A stretch of 59,929 nucleotides of DNA, filler included, from Basidiobolus ranarum (taxonomy: Eukaryota), in the NCBI GenBank assembly GCA_040143965.1. It is 4 parts of 4 records of this genome, joined end to end, with 100 filler letters (N's around TTAATTAATTAA, not from the genome) between each part and the next. Parts side by side here need not be neighbours in the genome. Positions count along the whole stretch, not along the records: positions 45,051 to 59,929 come from JASJQH010007283.1; 3 more parts are not named here. The stretch is one strand, 5' to 3'. Under the pieces are notes generated by a model. That model did not search any database. It saw nothing but the letters and a program-made list of their open reading frames with translations, and was not told the origin of the DNA. A program made the position numbers and the translations under genes. Below, piece by piece: positions 51,272 through 59,929 of the stretch; positions within the stretch are counted from its first letter, which is position 1; every line of letters begins with the position of its first letter.

Positions 51272-52707
51272 ATGAATCTAGAACAACAAATCGCACAAAA
51301 ACTCTCACGCAGAGATGCTCTCTCCTTAACAAGACGTCTAGTGGTATCTCAAAAAGATAGCGTTGACTTCTCCTCTAACGACTATCTAGGGCTATCACAT
51401 AATCCCAAACTTCAAGATATGTTCAAAATGGAGATAAATAAGCAAACGGTAACTTTGGGTGCCACTGGTTCAAGATTATTAGACGGGAACTCTGAGTTAG
51501 CGGAGAGATTAGAACGAGAAATTGCAAGTTTTCATTTGGCTGAAGATGCGCTTTTATTCAATTCCGGGTATGATGCCAATTTAAGTATTTTTGCTACCTT
51601 ACCTCAACCTGGAGACGTAGTTATTTTTGATGAGTATATTCACGCCAGTGTTCATGACGGAATGAGAGCTTCAAGAACTAAAAGACGAATCCCTTTCAGA
51701 CATAATGATATCCAACACCTTGAACAGATATTGAATGAGATAGAAGATAAAGTAAATGTGTTTGTGGCAGTTGAAGGGATCTATTCTATGGATGGAGATC
51801 TGGTTCGTTTAAGAGAGATTGTGGAGTTGAAAAAGAAAAGACCCTTCTATATAATTGTTGACGAGGTAAAGAGAGTATTCCTGGATCAAAGGTGAAAAAC
51901 GAGTGACTAACCTTTTTACTACATAAGGCACATTCGACCGGATTATTTGGAAATCAAGGACGTGGTTGCGTCAATGAGTTTGGTCTTGAGAAAGAGATTT
52001 TTGCACGACTCCACACATTTGGTAAAGCCATGGGTGTTCATGGAGGTATGTGTGTTAATAGCTGATATGATGGGCAATCAACTAACCGAGATAATCAGCT
52101 GTGGTGCTAGGATCCACTCTCCTAAAGAGATACCTAATCAACTACGCTCGTCCGCTGATTTACTCCACATTCATGCCACATCACAGTCTGGTGGCCATAC
52201 AATGCTCCTATCGAATGCTTGAAGAAGAAGGAGAGAAGGTAAATAGAACAAGCAACGACACATTGAACATGTATTCACACTGTCTTGGCTGTTTATAGTT
52301 GCAGCGCCAAGTGCAACTGCTAATACACAGATTCCGAAAGAATGTCAAGATCCCACAACATCAGCTACTTGATTCCGAAAGCTCCATTCAAGGAATCATT
52401 GTGCCAGGTAAATTTCAACAATAGGCTATTCTTGCTCGCATCTAACTCTACCCCCAACCTTTTTCTTATTCGTGTCCAACTCTACCCCCAACCTTTAGGC
52501 AATGAGAATTGTAAAAAATTCAGCCAGTTCTTGAACTCGAAGGGGTTCAATGTTAAGCCTATTAGATCGCCAACAGTCCCGGCTGGCCGGGAACGTGTAA
52601 GGATATGTATACATGCGCATAATACCAAAAAAGAGATCGACGCCCTATTGGAGGCAGTTGCAAACTACTTCGGGAATGAGCTTAATACCATGCATGCCAA
52701 ACTATAG
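51272..52707 (+). CDS. bioF: 8-amino-7-oxononanoate synthase (biotin synthesis), peroxisomal; 4 introns
   Basis: DFSSNDYLGL, GATGSRLLDGN, FNSGYDAN, HASVHDG, FRHND, YSMDGD, VDE|AHSTG, TFGKA (PLP lysine), IRSPTVP. Ends -AKL. Confidence 0.93.
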
Positions 52708-52915
52708 CTCATAGCCAGGCAAATACCCATCATCAGATCCTCTCCAAACTTTCATTATTAAAGTCGTCATGTTGAGAAAGAAAAGAAGCAATGGTTCAGC
52801 CAATTTCTATTTGCTTTAATATCAAGATTATTGGATTTGCTGGCTTTGTTTCATACATAATAATCTATATTAGTGACAGAGTAGATAGATAAGAAGTGAA
52901 AGATACATAAAGCGG

Positions 52916-53955
52916 TTAGAGTTGAGTATTGAAAGCGCTGATCCGATCAATGAATTCTCCAGCAGTGGTTTTACAAACTAAAGGCTCTTTCTTTCCTGAG
53001 AACATCTTTTCGTAGATGTAATAGGCCTCATTGGACTACAAAAGATCAAACAAAAGTTAGTCACAGTATTTGCTGAGCCATTCTAATGAAACCAACGCTA
53101 CCTCTTCATCAAAATACTGAAGTCTAATCCAAGGCTCTTCTTCGGCCTGTCTTTGTAATTGGACTAGAGTGGATTTTCTAAGAGCGGCAGTTTGGTTGGA
53201 GTCAGCATTTCTTACTTGAACCTGCAGTGGAGTGAGAATTTGGTCGGGAATGAGTTCAAAAAGAAGTAAACGTATGCTGAGTTCATAATGGAATTACCTG
53301 AATTGCTTTAGCTCTGACTTCTTCGGTTTGTACTTCTTTGTTCTCCTCATCAATGACCTTCTTATTGGCCGCTTTAATTTTCTCGTCGATTTTGTCAAGA
53401 TACTTCAAGCTTGGTCGAAATTGAACTGCTCCGCGCACTGGAGACATGTATAACGCTCCTATAGTAAGTGAAAATAAAGGTTGAGTAAGGTCGAGAATCC
53501 TCTAAAGAGGTGGATAAAGTCAAAGCTAGTTCACCATTTCTAAAAGCGCCAACCATATAATTTGTTTGAGCCGGAACAAAGGAAGAAGACAGTGTTTGCT
53601 TATTCATCAAGGAAGTTTTGGTTTGTTTTGTTCCCATCTTTTCGTCCAAAATGGTCTTGAAAGGATCATCGTTCACACCTAAACCCAATTCCTCACCCTT
53701 TTCCCGGTTATAAGTTGGTGCGTTGGTTTCAAGAGGTATATCAAGTTCGAATATCTGAGATTTGGGTTTGATACGAGCTTGAGTTGGTCCAGTATTTTTA
53801 CCAAAGTTGTGAGTACGAATGGGATATTGAAAAAGGTATAAATGTTGAGCTAATTGTTGAGATAAATACACGTCAATCTCTTGTACAATTTCGTCCTCTT
53901 CCATTTCCACTGTAGGGTTTTCTACTTCCATATCTTCGGTTTTTATTTGACTCAT
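52916..53955 (-). CDS. RPC5: RNA polymerase III subunit RPC5/C37 (Sin-like); 3 introns
   Basis: EDEIVQEIDVYLSQQL...LYLFQYPIR...ARIKPK...NYMVG..., VQFRPSLKYLDKID, AEEEPWIRLQYF. Stop at 52916-52918. Confidence 0.88.
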
Positions 53956-54701
53956 TATATTCGGTATCTATATGAGCACTCACTAGCACAACACTACACT
54001 ACCTTGAGTTGGTTGGAAAAGAAAAAAGAATTTTTTTTTTACCCGTATCACTTGTAAAAGAGATGAAAAAATCCATGTCATTCATCACTTGTAGTTGGAT
54101 AAAAATCTCCATTGTTTTGCTAGATTGATTTTGAATAGTACTGAAAAGTTACCAATCAGCTGATCGGAAATATTGCCATACACGTTAATAATTGTCAGCA
54201 TTTCCTAGATTATATGGCTTAGCGGCCATTACCAGATTGTTGTCTATATCTATTACAATAGCATATAATCCATAAATCGCACATAGTCATACAATATAAA
54301 TCAACACTAAAGCTGTCACGTTACTAAAAAGCGGTTAACAGTTATTGTCGCTCAAACCGGGGTAGTTGAAGGATTAGGTCTTAGACGAGCGGTTCTGCGC
54401 TAAGCGTTCATGTATATATTGTACGGAATAGAGCTTTTGATGGTCCACTCTTTCACGCACAATAACTGTTCATTCAGCTAAGATTTTCAGAAACCGCTTA
54501 GAAAGGGGCCATGCAAATGATGGACATCTAGCTGATCCAAGTACAGTCATACATTTGAGGGTAAAGCAGGGTTGACAATGTGAGACTAACATACAGAAGT
54601 ACCCTCCTGAGATTCTTGTCCAATACTGGATGATTTTTCAGACATAATGGGCGATTATATAAGCAGCCGCTCGATTGGTATCAGCAGGATTATTAGCCAG
54701 T

Positions 54702-54749
54702 AAATGGGCAAATGGGCAAATGAGCAAATAGACAAATGGGAAAATGAAT
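54702..54749. repeat. Degenerate 8-bp tandem repeat (AAATGGGC x6)
   Basis: AAATGGGC AAATGGGC AAATGAGC AAATAGAC AAATGGGA AAATGAAT. Confidence 0.85.
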
Positions 54750-55139
54750 AGCGCATGTCTACTGTTGATTATTCAGAAGTTCTCAACGCATAACCGACGA
54801 TCTTAAACCCACAACCCCTATTCTGAGCTATCCATCGCTTGTTTGACTACATCCGATCGGTAAATATGCATTGCGATACGAGCGTTGCAATACACTGTAT
54901 ATACTGTATATATGTATTATGTTACTTCTCACGGCGTCCAATCATCTACAGCGGTTTAGTACTCAAATCTTGGATTCTGTATATAACTCAGGTGGCGTCT
55001 GGTCATAAAAATATAGACTTCAACTAGCTAAAAGCTTCTCCTGCTACACCATCCCCTTTATTTCCAATAAGCCTCACCTAATTCCTACTAAAATCATCCC
55101 GAAGTATATTCTTTAGTTGCTTTATCATAACAGTATAGT

Positions 55140-56443
55140 ATGGGTTGTTGTGCCAGTCAAGACGATATGGAGGAAAGGCGCAAGAATGACGAGATCGAAA
55201 ATCAAATCAAGAAGGACAAGATATTATTGAGGAACGAGATAAAAATGCTACTCTTGGGTAAGTTTTTGGTTTTTTTTGATGGCGCAAGATGAGGTACTAA
55301 CTGGTGAAATAGGCGCTGGTGAGTCTGGGAAGAGTACCATCTTGAAACAGATGAAGCTCATTCACGACGGGGGCTACACTGCGATCGAAAAAGAGTCTTA
55401 CAAAGAAATCATCTTCTCAAACACCATACAATCTATGAGAGTGATTCTAATGGCCATGGACAAGATGGATATCCCCCTAGCCAACTCTGAAAACGCCCAG
55501 AATGTTCAGATTATCCTAACCTTGCCTACAAACTTCATGCTTACTCCGGAAGGAAACCTGTTTCCATTGGAGGTATCCGATGCCATCAAAGCTCTATGGC
55601 TTGATGGCGGAGTTCAAAGTTGTTTCCAACGCTCACGGGAGTATCAACTTAACGACTCTGCAAAATAGTAAGTAGCCAAGTTCAGACATCCTATGAATAC
55701 TTGTATCCTTATTGACGGTATGTTTGAAGCTACTTCGATTCAATTGACCGTATAGCGCAGCCAGAATACACTCCTAATGATCAAGATGTTTTAAGATCTC
55801 GAGTAAAGACAACTGGGATCACGGAAACGACCTTTATTATTGGAGAACTTGTCTATCGTATGCTAGATGTTGGTGGACAACGTTCGGAGCGCAAAAAGTG
55901 GATCCACTGCTTTGAGAATGTTACGGCCATTGTATTCATGGTAGCTATCAGCGAATACGATCAGACACTCGCCGAAGACGAATCAGTGGTAAGAGGCAAA
56001 GATAGATGTCTTTTACGGAGCATTCCTAATCTCCTTTTGTACAGAATCGCATGCAAGAATCTTTGACCCTATTCGACTCTATCTGCAATTCACGATGGTT
56101 TGTCAGAACTTCCATCATTTTATTCTTGAACAAAATCGATCTTTTTAAAGAGAAGCTGGCCATTTCCCCATTCAGCAACTTCTTTCCTGACTACGAAGGT
56201 AATGATTGGTTTTTTATTGGCTTGCAGCTAGTGTGCTAAATTTTACTCTCACCAGGACCTGCTAACTATGAGATAGCATGCGATTACATCATGGAGAGAT
56301 TCATGTCCCTGAACAAGACCGACTCTAAACAACTCTATGTTCATCTTACTTGTGCTACAGATACTGCGCAGATCAAGTTTGTCATGGCCGCAGTGAATGA
56401 TATTGTAGTACAAGCGAACCTACGGGACTGTGGCCTGTTATAG
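55140..56443 (+). CDS. Heterotrimeric G protein alpha subunit, Gi-like group I; 4 introns
   Basis: MGCCAS lipidation motif, [46 protein letters not shown]-terminal NLRDCGLL. Confidence 0.96.
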
Positions 56444-56764
56444 AGCTGACATAGACCAACCCCTAATATTGTTTCGCCTTGCCCACTCCCTCCCTCTCTC
56501 CTTAATCATACCTCTACTATTCATTCATACCAGGTTTCTCGTTTCTTGCAAATAGAACATTGATTTCAAGGGTTCTATGATTCGTGCATTTGAGATTAGT
56601 GTAAATATATAGCATAAACTATTCGTTTCAAGTATATGGATGCAATTTATGGCAATGTGAGGTTAATATACAGATGCGATTGATGATGCAAGGGGTGAGT
56701 GAAACCGACTCCAAGATGAGATGTATATGAAGTGCGTGGGGTAGGGGTAGGACTAGGGCTAGAA

Positions 56765-58362
56765 TCAAGGGTTGATGGACAATTGCATGGAGAATTTATG
56801 AACATTTCTCTTGACACCCCCTTTTGTATTTGGTCTCCGCTTGGTAGGTGAATTTACAACTTTCGCAAATTGGGGTGAGGACCTGTAAGTAAGATGCTCA
56901 AAGATCCTGGTATACGGAGATATTGTGTGGTTCGAATTCATTAACGATGCCAACTGCGCCGCTACAGCATTGTCAGAGGGTTGAAGAACAACTTCCTCCT
57001 CCTGTTCCTCGGCAACGTAGTTAGAATGATGGTTTCCATTGAAATAATCGAACTCTTGTTTAAGTGTAGGACTGGTTGGGGCTGTATACGGCGTGGTCAC
57101 TTCCTTCTGTACTTCACATGGAGGTGCTGAATACTTCACCCGTCTCTTTCTGGTAGTTCCGCGCGAGAATTTCCCCTCGGGATACTTTTCAGGCTCTAAA
57201 AAAGCAGGCAACGACATGGTGGAAGAAATGGAGGAAAGTCGAGGTCTCCCATTGGGTGTTCCGCAAAGACTATGTGAATGGTATATGAGCGGGCGAGGCT
57301 TCGGGTTAAAGAGACCTTCAGAATTAAAAAGTTTCTTCAAGCCTTGTTCTTGATGCAACCCACTTAGACTATGACATGCCTCAGCAGTGGGGGTCAAGTA
57401 TCCGGATTCGTATCCTTCATCACTGAAATCATCATTTCCTCTCCATCTGGTAGGACAGGTACCAATAGACAGTGAAGTAGCACTCCAATTATCACTTTCG
57501 CTGCTATATGACGAATAGGATCTGTACCGTGACCTTCTGACATCTGTGGTTAGATCGGGTAATGATTGGGTGTCTAACGGAGAAGGAGTTATTGGCTCTT
57601 CCGCATTTGCACTTTCTGAATTATGTTTGTTCTTATTCAGATACTTCAGTGATAATTCGTGTACAATGGTGGGCATTTCCTCTTGCATTATTTTACGCAT
57701 CTGAGTTTCAATTTCTCGTTGCAAAAAGTTCCGGATGGCTGGAACTTCATCAAAGGTTGAGCTTACTTCCACATTCTCCAATGGGTCGTTCTTAAATACT
57801 AAAGTTACTCCTTTGTGTTTATCAATCACCAATACGATGATCCCCCGAAGTCTCAAGTTCCGTAAACTAATCAACATAGGCACCACCAGAGGTTGACCAG
57901 CGGCCAAAATATCCCACCTGGAACCGATTGAGCCGAATATCGATTCATTTTGCATGGCATTAATAGGATTAGCCTAGAGAAACGGTGGTTAACGACACAG
58001 AACACTTTATAAAATAAAGAGTGCATCAAATTTACCTGGACTTGAGTTTGCAAAGCAACATAAGCATCTCCACTATATACCAGCTTAAAAATGCCTCGAA
58101 ATTTATCTTCAGCCAATTCACCTATTTCCAAGATCTCAAGTTCAGGTGGCTATACGGTGATAATAAAAAGAGGTTAATTTAAGAACGAAAAAGGTGAAAG
58201 TCAACCAGTATTTACCTTAGTTCCCAAGTTGAGTTCCTTCACTTCTATGCGACCCACGATATTTGCAGGCTTGGAGCCTTTGTTTAAAGCAACAGTCATG
58301 AGCTTCTTCGCTTCTTCTAGAAAATCATTATTGAACTCGGTCCAGTTAAATCTAAAAGCCAT
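56765..58362 (-). CDS. MDM34: ERMES subunit MDM34 (SMP domain); 2 introns
   Basis: MAFRFNW...[81 protein letters not shown]. Confidence 0.95.
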
Positions 58363-59240
58363 TTGTGTTGAAGAGAGGGAGGAGACAGACAAAGTTATGC
58401 CTTTTAAAAGGGGTTATTGTAGGGAGGAAGGTCAAATGGTTGGAGTCTCGGACCGGGCAAGAATATGACAAGAGAATAGGAAGTGAAGTTTTATACCTCC
58501 TGGGGAGAGAAAATGTTTTGGGGGTGGAGATCGTTATAGCTGATATAATAATTTAAGGATCTGATTTACATGTGGAAAAGAAATTTTCTTACCATATTTC
58601 CTAAAACAGTTACAGTGGAATTGATTGGATTCGGAACCGGAGGCGGGAACGGAAAAGGGTTCGGTTTCCTAGTTACGCGTCACGATCTTACCATGACTTA
58701 CTATTAACGTGTGTTCCCATCCCCCTAAGCCATTGAATTTATTGCGGAATAAATCATCTACCACACTGCAAAAACCCTAACCCTAACCTCCACAATTATT
58801 CCCAATTGGTGAGAATTGTTTCACCGACATTGCTACCTATTTGAAGAGAAAATTGCGTCCCCATTATAAACTGAATTGGGGTATTCTCGCCCAATCCGGA
58901 GATCAAGTTGGTGGGCTTTGGCAGTAATCTATTTACTCATTTTAGTTAATAAGAATCTGTAGCTTAATAAAAACAAAAGGAAAATATTTCCAATATCTTG
59001 GAAATAGATCAAGACGCCAGAATGAAAGTTCCCAGTTGTAGAGCATTACCATTCAATTTTACAAAAGTACTGTAAGAATTTTGAACACAGATTAAATTTA
59101 AGTTTTAGATTAGGTTATTGACTTCAATCAGTGGAGGTTTATTTGACAAAGAATTTATCACAAACCTAGTGAAAATTAAAAATGTTACGGTTTGTACCTA
59201 GAACATTACATTCCACAAAGTTATCCAGTTATACATTTAG

Positions 59241-59927
59241 TTAACGTCCATAGCCCTTACCGGCATTGCCTTTGTCACCTCCTTTACCAGGTAGATTAAT
59301 ATCGAGTCCGATATTAAGACCACCCTTGCCACCATTGTCTTTACCGCCACCTACGCCGGTATCGTAGCCGCCTTTGCCACTGCCACCTTTAGCATCTTTA
59401 CCTCCATTGTCTTTACCACCATCACCTTTACCATCCTTGCCTCCATTATCTTTACCGCCTCCTACTCCGGTATCGTAACCACCTTTACCACTACCGCCTT
59501 TCCCGTCTTTGCCTCCGTTATCTTTGCCGCCACCTACGCCGATATCATAACCTCCTTTACCATTGTCACCTTTCCCGCCCTTGCCTCCATGATCTTTACC
59601 ACCACCTACTCCAGTATCGTACCCACCTTTGCCTCCATTGTCTTTGCCACCACCTACACCGGTATCGTTGCCACCTTTGCCATTATCGCCTTTTCCGCCC
59701 TTGCCTCCATTGTCTTTGCCGCCGCCTACTCCAGTATCGTAGCCACCTTTACCACTAGCACCTTTCCCGCCATTGCCTCCATGATCTTTGCCACCCTTTC
59801 CTCCATTATCTTTGCCACCACCTACTCCAGTGTCGTAACCACCTTTGCCTCCATGGTCCTTGCCACCCTTACCTCCATGATCTTTACCACCACCTACACC
59901 ATGAACGGAACCACCAAGGGCAACAAG
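59241..59927 (-). CDS. Gly/Lys/Asp-rich tandem repeat protein, 5' end beyond window (absent from the ORF track)
   Basis: Stop-free frame of ~228 codons: LVALGGSVHGVGGGKDHGGK...(GGYDTGVGGGKDNGGK)n...GKGYGR*. Repeat units vary mainly at third codon positions. Confidence 0.88.
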   Translation of the reverse strand, partial: LVALGGSVHGVGGGKDHGGKGGKDHGGKGGYDTGVGGGKDNGGKGGKDHGGNGGKGASGKGGYDTGVGGGKDNGGKGGKGDNGKGGNDTGVGGGKDNGGKGGYDTGVGGGKDHGGKGGKGDNGKGGYDIGVGGGKDNGGKDGKGGSGKGGYDTGVGGGKDNGGKDGKGDGGKDNGGKDAKGGSGKGGYDTGVGGGKDNGGKGGLNIGLDINLPGKGGDKGNAGKGYGR

Positions 59928-59929
59928 CT

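Noticed and set aside
58774..58787. Telomere-like CCCTAACCCTAA
   Set aside because: Only two units and internal; at most a promoter telo-box.

Overview
Eukaryotic, intron-rich fungal DNA (AT-rich, mostly 55-120 nt GT-AG introns with CTAAC branch points). Gene content suggests an early-diverging fungus (Zoopagomycota/Mucoromycota-like; Basidiobolus is only a guess). The window is not contiguous. It is four ~14.9 kb contigs (1-14953, 15054-29963, 30064-44950, 45051-59929) joined by artificial N/TTAATTAATTAA/N spacers. Intact genes: MscL, a Ser/Thr-rich surface protein, PMP3, a group III poly-HAMP hybrid histidine kinase (5'-truncated), an LRRC58-like LRR protein, a YCII protein, a membrane-anchored GT5-like glycosyltransferase, ASH2, RPL16/uL13, Rab8/SEC4, a tandem-PAS protein, a CreA/Mig1-type zinc finger, two tandem ERV29/SURF4 genes, BioF, RPC5, a Gi-class G-alpha, MDM34 and a Gly/Lys/Asp repeat protein. 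There are also intron-retaining pseudogenes (CDC4, BUB3, LEA_2-like, F-box), a Ty1/copia LTR family and a decayed LINE. The best leads are a long structured intron shared by both ERV29 copies (candidate intronic ncRNA), a U12-type intron in Rab8, the stand-alone GT5-like enzyme, a possible UUG-initiated mitochondrial YCII protein and the glycine-rich repeat protein. All calls are by eye; no searches or folding programs were run.
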